DNA of 64,000 nt from an uncultured Bacteroidia bacterium (GCA_902776565.1 CACYQN010000007.1:122246-186245); one strand, 5' to 3'; positions 44,246 to 55,019 are shown, counted from the first letter of the stretch. A program made the numbers and translations. The notes: generated by a model not told the origin, from the letters alone.

Positions 44246-44315
44246 AATTTTATTTCGCGCATCAAATATTTTTTATTAAGTTTGTGGGATAACAAAAACA
44301 ATAAAAATATTATAT

Positions 44316-46232
44316 ATGGATAAGCAAAATAACTTGAAAATGATGCTTCAGAATGCTGAGCATCCGATTACTGTATTGTTGGGTGGCGACAAGATAAAGG
44401 AACAGATGGAAGCCATCGAAAGCATTGCATCGGGCGTTGATACGATTCTTGTTGCCGGCGCACTCGTTGCTCCTTTTGCAAAGGCAAGCGGAATGAATGT
44501 CGGAAATTCGAAGACCTGCGACGAATGCGTTGCTCGTGCAAAGGAAATCCTTGCAAAATATGCTGCAAAGATTTGTCTGCCTGTTGACTGCTACGTTGCC
44601 GACAAGCCCGAAAACGATTCCAATATCGAACATGTTAAACTCAACGAAATTCCCGATAGTCGCTTCATCATGGACATCGGTGTTAAGACCGTTGATATTT
44701 TTGCCGAGAAGATTGAAGGCGCAAAGTCATTCATCTGGAACGGCACCCTTGGTCACACCGAAATGCCACACTTCGCATACGGAACCTACAAGACCGCTCT
44801 CGCTGCCGCACGTGGCACTGCCAACGGACTGAAAACTATGGTTGACGGCGACGATACTAAGGCTGCAATTTTGCGCTATGGACTCGAAGGCGGAATGTTC
44901 TTCGTCGAAGGTGGAAAACTCGTTGAAAAGGCGGAACGCAAGGTCGTACACACCGACGAGGCACCAAAGGACGGCTACACTATCGACAAGTACAATTTCA
45001 ACGGCAAGAAGGTTTTGTTGCGTGTCGATTTCAATGTTCCGCTGGACGAGAACTTCAACATTACCGATGATACCCGTATCGTTTGCGAAGTTCCGACAAT
45101 CAAGAAGATTTTGAAGGATGGTGGCGCTGTAATAATAATGTCGCACCTCGGTCGTCCAAAGAAGGTTGACAATAAGTTCTCGCTCAAGCACATCGTTAAG
45201 CATGTAAGCGAATGCCTCGGTGTTCCCGTACAGTTTGCCGACGACTGCCAGAAGGCTCAGGCACAGGCTGCTGCACTGAAGTCGGGCGAAGTTCTGTTGC
45301 TCGAAAACCTTCGTTTCTACGCCGAAGAGGAAGGCAAGCCACGCGGACTGGCCGAAGATGCTTCCGACGAGGAAAAGAAGGCTGCAAAAGCTGCTATAAA
45401 GGAATCGCAGAAGGAGTTTGTAAAGATTCTCGCATCATACGGCGACTGCTATGTAAACGATGCCTTTGGTACTGCTCACCGCGCTCACGCTTCGACATAT
45501 TATGTTGCTAAATATTTCCCGAAGGACAAGATGCTCGGTTACTTGGTTGAAAACGAGGTCAACAACATCAACAAGGTGCTTACCACTGGCGAAAAGCCTG
45601 TTACGGCTATCGTTGGCGGTTCGAAGATTTCGACCAAGATTGACATTATCAAGTCGTTGATTACCAAGGTTGACAACCTGATTGTCGGTGGCGGTATTTC
45701 ATATACTTTCATCAAGGCGATGGGTGGAAATATTGGTCGTTCGTTGGCTGAGGACGATTGCATTCCTATTGCAAACGAAATCCTCGATATGGCAAAGAAG
45801 TTGAATGTAAACCTCTATCTGCCAGTTGACTGCATGATTGGTGACAAGTTCGACAACGAAGCCAACATCCACATGGCCGACGTTCGCAACGTTCCAGACG
45901 GCTGGGAAGGCATGGATATGGGTGTGAAGACCATACAGCGTTACACAGAAGTTATTGAAAATTCGAAGACCATCCTTTGGAACGGACCTATGGGCGTGTT
46001 CGAGATGGAACACTTCAGCAACGGTACGATGAAGGTTGCTTTGGCAGTTTGCCGTGCTACAGAACTTGGCGCATTTACCCTCGTAGGTGGTGGCGACAGC
46101 ATTGCAGCACTCAACAAGTTCAACTTAAGCGAAAAGATTAGCTACGCATCAACTGCTGGTGGTGCTTTGCTCGAGTACATCGAGGGCAAGGAATTGCCGG
46201 GACTGAAGGCAATATCTTCAGATGAGATTTAA
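44316..46232 (+). CDS. pgk: Phosphoglycerate kinase with an extra N-terminal PGK C-domain-like module
   Basis: [46 protein letters not shown] from about aa 220 onward; aa 1-205 resemble the PGK C-domain. Confidence 0.93.
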   Translation: MDKQNNLKMMLQNAEHPITVLLGGDKIKEQMEAIESIASGVDTILVAGALVAPFAKASGMNVGNSKTCDECVARAKEILAKYAAKICLPVDCYVADKPENDSNIEHVKLNEIPDSRFIMDIGVKTVDIFAEKIEGAKSFIWNGTLGHTEMPHFAYGTYKTALAAARGTANGLKTMVDGDDTKAAILRYGLEGGMFFVEGGKLVEKAERKVVHTDEAPKDGYTIDKYNFNGKKVLLRVDFNVPLDENFNITDDTRIVCEVPTIKKILKDGGAVIIMSHLGRPKKVDNKFSLKHIVKHVSECLGVPVQFADDCQKAQAQAAALKSGEVLLLENLRFYAEEEGKPRGLAEDASDEEKKAAKAAIKESQKEFVKILASYGDCYVNDAFGTAHRAHASTYYVAKYFPKDKMLGYLVENEVNNINKVLTTGEKPVTAIVGGSKISTKIDIIKSLITKVDNLIVGGGISYTFIKAMGGNIGRSLAEDDCIPIANEILDMAKKLNVNLYLPVDCMIGDKFDNEANIHMADVRNVPDGWEGMDMGVKTIQRYTEVIENSKTILWNGPMGVFEMEHFSNGTMKVALAVCRATELGAFTLVGGGDSIAALNKFNLSEKISYASTAGGALLEYIEGKELPGLKAISSDEI

Positions 46233-46253
46233 TTTATATGAGTTAATAAAGCA

Positions 46254-46290
46254 GAAAAGGTCGTTTTTTCAACGACCTTTTCCTTTTTTT
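46254..46290. terminator. Bidirectional terminator between pgk and kamD
   Basis: gaaaaggtcgtt...aacgaccttttcc-ttttttt. Confidence 0.8.
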
Positions 46291-46305
46291 ATCAAATCTG
46301 TCTAA

Positions 46306-47862
46306 TTATTTCTTGCCTTTCATCAGTTCTACAAACGGATTGAAGTAGTTTTCGCCCTTTTCGGTAACACCAGCAAGACCTTTACCTCCATTCTTCGGAC
46401 GCTTAATGTTTGCGAAGATACCTTTTTCCAATGCGCTGAACAGACCTTCGTCAACCATGTGTTCAAGAAGCTTGGTTGCATTGTCGAGAACCTCGGCTGC
46501 ACGTTTCCTGATGATTCCGTTTTCCTTGAATTCTACTTCTTCACCGATGCTCTTCATGTTGTTGAAGATGTATTTTGCATTTTCGATTGACAGATAACGG
46601 TCGCTCATGAACGGCGTATGTATTGCTTCGGTAGGCATACCGAGAAGTTGCAGACCTTGATGTGTCCAGATACCTATCATGTTGAAGAGAGCATCTTGAA
46701 TGTGTCCACGGAAAATATTTCCTGTCATGAACTTTGTTGGAGGCATGTATTTCAACGGAGCCTTCGGGAATATTTCGCGGAGCATCTGAGCCTGTGCAAG
46801 TTCGTAGAGGAAACCGTTTTCGAGTTTCGGGTCCATCTCGAATGCGTGGCCAAGACCCATCTGTTCTTCGGGAAGACCAGCCAACAATGCAAGCTGTTCG
46901 TTGATAAGGTCGGATGCGAGAACGGTGTGGGCTTCTTCGTAGGCATCGGCGGTTGTAAGGTAGTTGTCCTCACCAGTGTTGATGATAACGCCAGCGAAAC
47001 CATTGATTATCCTCGAGAAGTACTGGTCAATAAGGGTACGTTGCATATTGATGTCGCGGAAAAGAATTCCGTAGAGAGCATCGTTAAGCATAACGTCGAG
47101 ACCTTCGAGTGCGCCCATTGCAGCGATTTCGGGCATACACAATCCAGAGCAGTAGTTGCAGAGGCGGATGTAACGTCCAACTTCCTCACCAACTTCGTCG
47201 AGAGCCTTACGCATAATGCGGAAGTTTTCCTGAGTTGCGAATGTTCCACCGAAACCTTCGGTTGTTGCACCATATGGAACATAGTCGAGAAGGCTTTGTC
47301 CTGTAGTTCTGATAACTGCGATAATGTCGGCACCCTGACGAGCACCAGCTTGTGCCTGAACGACATCCTCGTAGATGTTACCAGTTGCAACAATGATATA
47401 CAGATATGGCTTGCTGCCTTCACCGATGGTCTTGATGTAGTTTTCGCGGCGCAGACGGTTGCCTCTGATTTTTTCTATAGTCTTATTGATTGTCGGCTCA
47501 AGGGCTTTCTTGATTTCATCTATCGGGTGAATCGGAAGCTTTGAAATGTCAAGTTTGCCAGCGGAAATTTGCTCTGCTATTTCCTGTGCCGACAATTTAG
47601 TTTCAACCATTGCGTTACCGATATAAAACATAACGCCTTGATTCAAAACACCTTTTGATTTCAATTCTTCAACTACTACGTTTGGAAGAGGGACATCGTT
47701 ACTGTCGATGCCATCAATTCCGAGCAGACGGCACAAAGTTCTTTCTACTGCTACAGTGGTGTAGTTTTCAACGAAATCCTGTACTTGGTTGGCAATTTCT
47801 CTTGCTTTTCCTCTTGCGTATTCAACTTCTTCGAAGTTAAGACCTATTTTGCTGGTATTCAT
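46306..47862 (-). CDS. kamD: Lysine 5,6-aminomutase alpha subunit
   Basis: TTVAVERT, VATGNIYEDV, IRTTGQSLLDYVP, NYCSGLCMPE, KYMPPTK. Confidence 0.9.
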   Translation of the reverse strand: MNTSKIGLNFEEVEYARGKAREIANQVQDFVENYTTVAVERTLCRLLGIDGIDSNDVPLPNVVVEELKSKGVLNQGVMFYIGNAMVETKLSAQEIAEQISAGKLDISKLPIHPIDEIKKALEPTINKTIEKIRGNRLRRENYIKTIGEGSKPYLYIIVATGNIYEDVVQAQAGARQGADIIAVIRTTGQSLLDYVPYGATTEGFGGTFATQENFRIMRKALDEVGEEVGRYIRLCNYCSGLCMPEIAAMGALEGLDVMLNDALYGILFRDINMQRTLIDQYFSRIINGFAGVIINTGEDNYLTTADAYEEAHTVLASDLINEQLALLAGLPEEQMGLGHAFEMDPKLENGFLYELAQAQMLREIFPKAPLKYMPPTKFMTGNIFRGHIQDALFNMIGIWTHQGLQLLGMPTEAIHTPFMSDRYLSIENAKYIFNNMKSIGEEVEFKENGIIRKRAAEVLDNATKLLEHMVDEGLFSALEKGIFANIKRPKNGGKGLAGVTEKGENYFNPFVELMKGKK

Positions 47863-47963
47863 CGTATTATAATATTTCCGTTAATCAACATAATTATGAA
47901 TTTGCAAAATTACATAAAAAATCCGATTCTTTATGCTATTGGCGAAAAAACTTGTTTTTTAAT

Positions 47964-48195
47964 ATTATTGTCCGCTAAATTGTGCGCTGTCACAGTTTTT
48001 GTGGTTCGACAGGCTCACCAACCAGACAAAAACATGCGCCAGCGCTCCAAAAATGCATTCGTTTTTCTATAAATATGTAACCTCTCCGAGGTTGTTAAGT
48101 ATCTCCAAATACAAGCCCATAAAATTTCATTGCCATGTAATAATCCGACACTATGCATTTTGCACGATTTTTTAGAATCTTTAGCGGACAACAAT
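47964..48195. mobile_element. MITE-like element, copy B (about 232 bp)
   Basis: Terminal inverted repeats ATTATTGTCCGCTAAA / TTTAGCGGACAACAAT; reverse-complement homolog of copy A. Confidence 0.75.
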
Positions 48196-48240
48196 AGTTT
48201 TTTTATGGCAGTATTCACTGAATGTTAAGTCGTAGGCTAT

Positions 48241-48283
48241 CAAATAAAAATGGGCATTGCATTGCAACACCCATTTTTATTTG
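48241..48283 (-). terminator. Terminator after the M16 peptidase gene
   Basis: caaataaaaatggg...cccatttttatttg. Confidence 0.7.
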
Positions 48284-48297
48284 TAATTAGTTTCAGA

Positions 48298-51231
48298 TTA
48301 GTAGTTGAAAACTTCGTCAACTGTAAGTTCCTTTACATCGCCGTAAGTCTTGAGCAGGTTGAAATCAACCTTTTCCTTCGGACCTACAATCATAATGTCG
48401 AAAGTCTTACCCTTAATGTGTTCGTCGAAGAACTTGGTTGCATCTTCGAGGGTGAAATTCTTAACTGCATCATAAACATCCTTGCGGTAGTCGTTTTCGA
48501 TTCCGAGTTCCTTGTTTGCAAGGTAGTTCCAGAAAATACCGCTCTTTATTATTCTTTCGGTGTTAATCTGGCTGATGATTGCCTGTCGGCTGATTTCAAA
48601 CGATTCGGGCGACTGCTTGAGTTCGTTCATAAGTTCGCCAAGAGCCTCGAGTGCTTCCTTCATCTTATCGGGCTGAGTGCTGAGGTAACCGATTACATAG
48701 TTAGAATTTTCGGCTTTCCTTGCTCTACTGTAGCCAGCGTAGCAACCGTATGCCAAACTCTTTGCTTCACGGATTTCCTGGAAAACTATACTAGACATCG
48801 AACCACCGTAGTATTCGTTGAACATTGTTGCAATTGGCAACAACGACTTGTCGAACTTAACATCCTTCGAAACCAATTCGATGAATACCTGTGTCATTGG
48901 GTAGTCAACAAAGAAAACCTGTGGTTTGTCGTAGTCGCGTTCTACAAACTGCTTTGCTTCAGGATAATCCTTATAGTTGCCAGAAACATTGTGGTTTTCC
49001 TTTATAACCTTCGCAACATCGTCCATCTTGCGCGGGCCATAGTAGAAGATCTGGTGCCTGTAGTTAAGCATATCCTTTATAATATTGGTAAGTTCTTCGG
49101 GGTCGATTGCTCTGAGTTCTTCTTCGCTTAGGTTGTTGGTGAAACGCGATTCCTCGCCGTACTGTGAACGTGCTACAAGTCCGCTGAGAATAGTGTTCTT
49201 GTTGAGCTTTGCATTAGCGCGAGACTTGAGAATGCTATTTACATATTCATCGTAAACATCCTTGTCAGGCTTAACATTTGCAAGGATTTCCTCCATAAGT
49301 TTCATTGCTGTTTCGAGATTCTCGTCGAGACCGCTGATGTAAACATAGCATCTGTCGGCACCACTGCTTACATAGAAGTTGCAACCGAGACGATACCATT
49401 CTTCAGCAAGCTTTTCAACAGTCTTGTCGGTTGTTCCCAAGTAGTCGAGGTAGTCAACTGCAAGAGCCAATTTCTTGTCGTTATCCTTGCCCATGTCTAG
49501 GATGTAGTAGAGCGAGAACAGGTCGTTAGATTCGTTCTTTATGTAGCTCATTGGCAAGTCCTTTGCTATTTCTGTAGTTTGGATTTTTGCTGCATAGTCA
49601 ACAAATTCGGGGCTAATTGCAGCAGGTTCCTCTTTCTTGAGTTCGGTAACGAATGCCGATTCGCATCCGCGGTCGATGTTGAGTTGGGTGATAGCCGGCT
49701 TGTCAACATGCATTACATTGTCGGGTTCGCCCATGCGCTTGTATGCAACAAGGTAGTTGTCCTTGAAGAATTCGTTTGCGAACTTAACGAGTTCGTCCTT
49801 GGTCATCTTTTCGTAGTTTTCAATGTCGAAGATTTCTTCTTCCCAAGGAGTCTGCGAGATGAATGCGCTTACGAACGAGTGTGCAATACCGTTTCCTTCA
49901 ATCTGCTTAATCTGGTCGAGTTTCATTTCGTTTACAATAGCTTCGAGAAGCCATTCTTCAAATTCGCCTTTCTTAACCTTCTCGAGTTCAGCCATAAGCA
50001 AATTCTTAACCTCTTCGAGGCTCTGACCTTCGCGTGGCATACCAACCATTTCAAACATTCCGTAGTCGTTGAGAGCATAGCCGTATGCGTATGCTCCCAT
50101 AACCTTCTGTGCAGTGTTGAGGTCGAGGTCCATAAGACCAGCATTGCCGTTGTAAAGAATCTGACCAATCATTGATAAGTACTTGGATTCCTGCGACTTG
50201 TTACCCTGTGAACGCCATACTACGCATACGTTCTCTGGTTCTGGTCCGTGGAGTTCGATTTCGTCAATTGCTGTACGTTCTTCTTCTGGAGTGTAGGTGA
50301 ATTCTGGTACGTTCGGGTTCTTTTCCATTTTACCCCAGTACTTGTCGATTATCTTGATAGTTTCTTCGAAATCAAGGTCACCAGACATACATATTGCAAT
50401 GTTGTTAGGAACATAGAACTGGCTCTTGAATTTCATAACATTTGCCATCGACGGGTTTTTCAGATGTTCGCCCTTACCGATGATAGCGGTTCCGTACGGG
50501 TGGTTCTTGAAGAGAGTTGCAAAGATAGTGTTGCTGAGTCTGCGTCCGTCACGGTCCTGATTCATGTTGAACTCTTCGAAGATGGTTTCGAGTTCGGTGT
50601 GGAAAAGACGGAGAACAAGGTTCTGGAATCTTTCACTTTCAACCTTTGCCCAGCGGTCGATTTCGTTCGAAGGAATTTCGTTTACATAAACGGTTTCTTC
50701 GTAGGATGTCCAAGCGTTTGTTCCGGTAGCACCGAGAATCGAGCAAATCTTGTCGTACTCGTTAGCAATTGCGTACTTCGATGCTTCTTGCGAAAGGCTG
50801 TCGATCTGAGCGTAGATAGCGGCTTTCTTTTCAGGGTCGGTTTCGGCAGCGTGTTCTTCAAACTTGTCGCTGATTGCCTGAATGAGAACGCTTTCCTTTT
50901 CCCAGTCCTTGGTTCCAATCTTGTCGGTACCCTTGAACATCATGTGTTCAAAATAGTGTGCAAGACCAGTAGTTTCGCGTGGGTCGTTCTTTGCACCAGC
51001 CCTTACTGCAATGTAGGTTTGTATTCTTGGCTCGTCCTTGTTTACAGCGAGGTAAACTTTCAAGCCGTTGTCCAATGTGTAGATACGAGTGCCCGACGGG
51101 TCGTTCTCTACATATTCGTAATTGTATCCGTTGGCGTCCTTGGCTGTCTTGGTCTCGTGGCCTGTGTTATTCTTCTTGCAGCCTGCCAGAGCGAATACTA
51201 ATGCTAAAATTATTAATGCATACTTCTTCAT
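48298..51231 (-). CDS. M16 family zinc peptidase lipoprotein
   Basis: LAGC lipobox; GLAHYFEHMMFKGT (HxxEH); NAWTS; FQEIRE...LAY. Confidence 0.92.
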   Translation of the reverse strand: MKKYALIILALVFALAGCKKNNTGHETKTAKDANGYNYEYVENDPSGTRIYTLDNGLKVYLAVNKDEPRIQTYIAVRAGAKNDPRETTGLAHYFEHMMFKGTDKIGTKDWEKESVLIQAISDKFEEHAAETDPEKKAAIYAQIDSLSQEASKYAIANEYDKICSILGATGTNAWTSYEETVYVNEIPSNEIDRWAKVESERFQNLVLRLFHTELETIFEEFNMNQDRDGRRLSNTIFATLFKNHPYGTAIIGKGEHLKNPSMANVMKFKSQFYVPNNIAICMSGDLDFEETIKIIDKYWGKMEKNPNVPEFTYTPEEERTAIDEIELHGPEPENVCVVWRSQGNKSQESKYLSMIGQILYNGNAGLMDLDLNTAQKVMGAYAYGYALNDYGMFEMVGMPREGQSLEEVKNLLMAELEKVKKGEFEEWLLEAIVNEMKLDQIKQIEGNGIAHSFVSAFISQTPWEEEIFDIENYEKMTKDELVKFANEFFKDNYLVAYKRMGEPDNVMHVDKPAITQLNIDRGCESAFVTELKKEEPAAISPEFVDYAAKIQTTEIAKDLPMSYIKNESNDLFSLYYILDMGKDNDKKLALAVDYLDYLGTTDKTVEKLAEEWYRLGCNFYVSSGADRCYVYISGLDENLETAMKLMEEILANVKPDKDVYDEYVNSILKSRANAKLNKNTILSGLVARSQYGEESRFTNNLSEEELRAIDPEELTNIIKDMLNYRHQIFYYGPRKMDDVAKVIKENHNVSGNYKDYPEAKQFVERDYDKPQVFFVDYPMTQVFIELVSKDVKFDKSLLPIATMFNEYYGGSMSSIVFQEIREAKSLAYGCYAGYSRARKAENSNYVIGYLSTQPDKMKEALEALGELMNELKQSPESFEISRQAIISQINTERIIKSGIFWNYLANKELGIENDYRKDVYDAVKNFTLEDATKFFDEHIKGKTFDIMIVGPKEKVDFNLLKTYGDVKELTVDEVFNY

Positions 51232-51269
51232 AAAATATTTGATTTTGGTTAATTTTCCTCATAATTAAA

Positions 51270-51299
51270 GAAAAAAGGCTGTAGTTACAGCCTTTTTTC
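51270..51299 (-). terminator. Terminator after secDF
   Basis: gaaaaaaggctgta-gt-tacagccttttttc. Confidence 0.8.
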
Positions 51300-51314
51300 A
51301 AAATATCTTACTAA

Positions 51315-54300
51315 TTATTTTGCTTCTTCACCTTTCTTCTTGCCAACGCCAAAGATATAAGCCATCGGGGAGGCGATGAAGATTGAAGAGTAGGTACCTA
51401 CGATGACACCGATGAGCAATGCGAAGCAGAAGCCTCTGATTGATTCACCGCCGAAGATGAATATTGCAAGCAATACCACCAAGGTTGTCATTGAGGTGTT
51501 GATTGTACGACCAACAGTGCTGTTTACTGCCGAGTTGATAACCGACTTCCTGTCGCGGTTGGGGTACAAGCCAGTGTATTCCCTGATACGGTCGAAGATA
51601 ACCACGGTATCGTTGATTGAGTAACCTACGATTGTCAAGATTGCTGCGATGAATGCCTGGTCGATTTCCATGTTGAACGGCATTACAGCGTAGAGCAGTG
51701 AGAAAAGACCGAGGGTTATCAAAACGTCGTGTATCAAAGCGATAGTCGCACCAAGTGAGTACTGCCACTTGCGGAACCTGAGGAGGATGTAGAGGAACAT
51801 AACCACAAGTCCGAGGAGAATAGCCACAGATGACTTAGTCTTGATGTCGTCGGCAACTGTAGGACCTACAACCTGCGATGTCTGGCGGTATTGTTCGAAG
51901 AATGTCCTTTCGTCAACGTCTTCTGGCAGGAACTTGCCGTTCTTCAAGCCAGTGTAGAGGAGGTTGTCAGCTTCTTCGCCAGCAGCCTTGTCCTTTATCT
52001 GGTCAATCTTGTACTGGGTTGTAATCTTAACCTGGTTTGCATCACCGAAAGTCTTTACAATAGGACGGTCGCCGTAAACACCTTCGAGGGCTGCTGCAAC
52101 CTGTTCGGGTTCAACATTGTTTTCGAACTTAACAACATAGTTACGACCACCTGTGAAGTCGATACCCTGCTTCAAGCCTAAAGTACACAACGAAATGATA
52201 CCAACAACGATTAATGTTCCAGAAATGATGAATGCAATCTTGCTACCCTTCAAGAAATCGAAGTGCAGGTTGGTGAATGCATTGTTTGTAATCTTGTTGC
52301 CAACGGTAATCTTTCTGTCCTTATCGAGCATCTTGGTGAAGATGATACGGGTGATGAAGATTGCTGTGAACAACGAAGTGAGGATACCTATAATAAGAGT
52401 GGTTGCGAAACCTCTAACTGGACCAACACCGAAATAAGCAAGAACTATACCTATAAGAATAGTAGTGATGTTGGAGTCGAGGATTGCCGAATAAGCATTC
52501 TTGTAACCGTCTGCCACAGCCGACTTAATCATCTTGCCGCTTCTTATTTCTTCGCGGATACGCTCGTAAATAAGAACGTTAGCATCAACCGACATACCTA
52601 TTGTAAGTACCATACCTGCGATACCAGGAAGGGTGAGTACTGCACCAAGCGATGCCATAACACCGAAGATGAGGAAGAGGTTGCAAATCAAAGCAACGTC
52701 TGCAACGATACCAGCCTTGTTGTAGTAGAAAATCATGTAGATAAGTACGAGGATGAAAGCGATGATGAACGAGTACATACCCGAGTCGATAGCCTTCTGA
52801 CCAAGTGACGGACCTACAACTTCCTTCGAGAGGATAACTGCCGGAGCTGTCATCTTACCAGCCTTGAGGACGTTTGCCAAGTCGGTTGCTTCTTCGAGTG
52901 TGAAGTTACCAGTAATCTGAGAACGTCCGCCCTTGATTTCATCGTTTACGTTTGGTGCCGAATATACAGCACCGTCGAGTACGATTGCAATAGCGCGGTT
53001 AATGTTTTCCTTGGTGATTCTTGCCCACTGGGTGGAACCTGAATTGTTCATTGCCATTGTTACTTCTGCTGTTGCACTTGTCTGACCGAATTCCTGACGA
53101 GCATCGGTAACAACTTCGCCGTTGAGGGCAGCCTTTCCGTCCTTTGAAGCCTTGAGAGCATAGAGTTCGTAGTATCCTGGAGCTTCCTTAAGTTCCTTGA
53201 ATCCCCATGCGAATGAGAGGTCTTTCTTGAACAAACTCTTTATTTCCTTGCGGTTGAGGTCGTCCATGATTGATTCCATATCGGCCTTCTTTGCGAAACC
53301 GACAACCGGACCGCCAACGCTACGATTGCCAGCCTGCGGAATCAGACGGTTGAAAATTGAGTATTCGCTGTCACCTTCGGTTTCAGCAACTGTTTCTTCA
53401 GCCTTGGTTGAATCGGCAGCTTCTACATTTTCGCTTGCAGCCTCTGCATTTTCAGCAACTGCTGTTGTGTCGGCAACAACTTCTTCTTCCTTTGTGCCTC
53501 TCGAAGCTTCAGCCTTCTTTATTGCTATCAAAGCTTGGTCTGCATTGATGAAAGATTCCCTGATTTCATTGTAGTTGTATGTTTCCCAGAATTCGAGAAC
53601 TGCAGCCTGCTTCAAAAGTTTTTCAACACGTTCCGGATCCTTGATACCAGGAAGTTCGATATGGAACACACCTTTTACAGCAACGTCCTTCTGGATGTTG
53701 GGCTGAACAACGCCGAACTGGTCGATACGCTTGTTGATAACATCGTATGCATTACCAATCGCAGCATCGTATTCCTTTGTCAAATAATCGATTACTTCTT
53801 CGTCGGTCGAAGTTATCTGTATCTTGTCCTGATTCTGCGATGTAGCGAACAAGTATGCCATTGCCGGCTTGTCGGGCATTTGCATTTCCTTGTAAGCCTT
53901 GCCGAAACTTTCAATGAAGTTGGTACCAGTCTGCTCTGAAGTCTGTTTGCCTGCCTGTTCGATAGCTGCCAAAAGTGCAGGGTCGTTGTTGTCCCTTGCC
54001 AGCGACAGCAGTACATCTTCTGCCGAAATTTCCAACGAAATGTTCATACCGCCCTTGAGGTCCAAACCCAAGTTAAGTTCTCTTTCCTTACAATCTTTAT
54101 AGGTGTATTTCTTCAAGAGCCTGTACACCACCTGATTGTCAACTGAATCCAAGTACGCCTTTTTCTGCTTATCAATCAGCACGTTGCGGTCGGCGTCTGT
54201 AAGATTGCTGTAATTTCCGTTATCGACGTATGCCTGTGCGTATTCTTCAGCGTCGCCTTCAACCTTGTTCACTACGAATGTGAAAGAGAGGTAGTACAAG

Positions 54301-54353
54301 CTGATGAGTGCAAGCAGTACCGATAATAAAATAATCGCTCCTCTGTTACGCAT
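51315..54353 (-). CDS. secDF: Protein translocase subunit SecDF (fused)
   Basis: LGLDLKGG, VDANVLIYERIREE, GIDFTGG, GYSINDTVVIFDRIRE. Confidence 0.96.
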   Translation of the reverse strand: MRNRGAIILLSVLLALISLYYLSFTFVVNKVEGDAEEYAQAYVDNGNYSNLTDADRNVLIDKQKKAYLDSVDNQVVYRLLKKYTYKDCKERELNLGLDLKGGMNISLEISAEDVLLSLARDNNDPALLAAIEQAGKQTSEQTGTNFIESFGKAYKEMQMPDKPAMAYLFATSQNQDKIQITSTDEEVIDYLTKEYDAAIGNAYDVINKRIDQFGVVQPNIQKDVAVKGVFHIELPGIKDPERVEKLLKQAAVLEFWETYNYNEIRESFINADQALIAIKKAEASRGTKEEEVVADTTAVAENAEAASENVEAADSTKAEETVAETEGDSEYSIFNRLIPQAGNRSVGGPVVGFAKKADMESIMDDLNRKEIKSLFKKDLSFAWGFKELKEAPGYYELYALKASKDGKAALNGEVVTDARQEFGQTSATAEVTMAMNNSGSTQWARITKENINRAIAIVLDGAVYSAPNVNDEIKGGRSQITGNFTLEEATDLANVLKAGKMTAPAVILSKEVVGPSLGQKAIDSGMYSFIIAFILVLIYMIFYYNKAGIVADVALICNLFLIFGVMASLGAVLTLPGIAGMVLTIGMSVDANVLIYERIREEIRSGKMIKSAVADGYKNAYSAILDSNITTILIGIVLAYFGVGPVRGFATTLIIGILTSLFTAIFITRIIFTKMLDKDRKITVGNKITNNAFTNLHFDFLKGSKIAFIISGTLIVVGIISLCTLGLKQGIDFTGGRNYVVKFENNVEPEQVAAALEGVYGDRPIVKTFGDANQVKITTQYKIDQIKDKAAGEEADNLLYTGLKNGKFLPEDVDERTFFEQYRQTSQVVGPTVADDIKTKSSVAILLGLVVMFLYILLRFRKWQYSLGATIALIHDVLITLGLFSLLYAVMPFNMEIDQAFIAAILTIVGYSINDTVVIFDRIREYTGLYPNRDRKSVINSAVNSTVGRTINTSMTTLVVLLAIFIFGGESIRGFCFALLIGVIVGTYSSIFIASPMAYIFGVGKKKGEEAK

Positions 54354-54589
54354 TTTTACTAAAATTTTTTAACTAATATACACAATAAATTTAAGGTCGC
54401 AAATATAGTGTTTTTTTGAAACATACAGACCGATTATTATTTTTATTTTTTTTGACGCGTAAAACGTTGGCAGTTAGCAAGAAAAGAAATGCGACATGAT
54501 TTTGGCTGTTCCTTTGAGCAATCAAAATGAAACTATTTTTGAAAAACATTTTGCAGTTTTAAAAACTTGTTGTACTTTTGCAGCGCAAT

Positions 54590-54662
<73 letters not shown>

Positions 54663-54670
54663 CTAAGTTT

Positions 54671-54697
54671 AAAAAGCCAGCCAATCGGTTGGCTTTT
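54671..54697 (+). terminator. Terminator after tRNA-fMet
   Basis: aaaagccagcc-aatc-ggttggctttt. Confidence 0.7.
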
Positions 54698-54812
54698 GTC
54701 ATACATATATGTCTAGATTAGGAATATTATTCAAAGTCAAAATTTTTCCACATTGCCAAGTTTTGGCAATTTGAAGTATTATTTTTGCAATGAATTTAAA
54801 AACGTATGGATT

Positions 54813-55019
54813 ATGATTAGAGGAAAAAGAATATTCAAATGCACCGAATGCGGTGAAAAATTTCGCGCAGACGATATTGAACTGAACGCCACTGTGCTTT
54901 CGGTACCGCAACCTTGCCCGCATTGCCAGAGCATAAGGACTATGCCGTGGGGATTAATGTCGTTCCTAAGCAAGTCAACTTACGAAGATATTTGGAAACA
55001 AATGGAAGAAAGGAAATAG
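54813..55019 (+). CDS. Small zinc-ribbon protein
   Basis: CTEC...CPHC; TATTTTTG promoter box upstream. Confidence 0.7.
   Translation: MIRGKRIFKCTECGEKFRADDIELNATVLSVPQPCPHCQSIRTMPWGLMSFLSKSTYEDIWKQMEERK

Noticed and set aside
43737-44247. ORFs of 67-155 aa in the gcvH-pgk spacer
   Set aside because: They run across palindromic repeats and a terminator and lack protein-like composition
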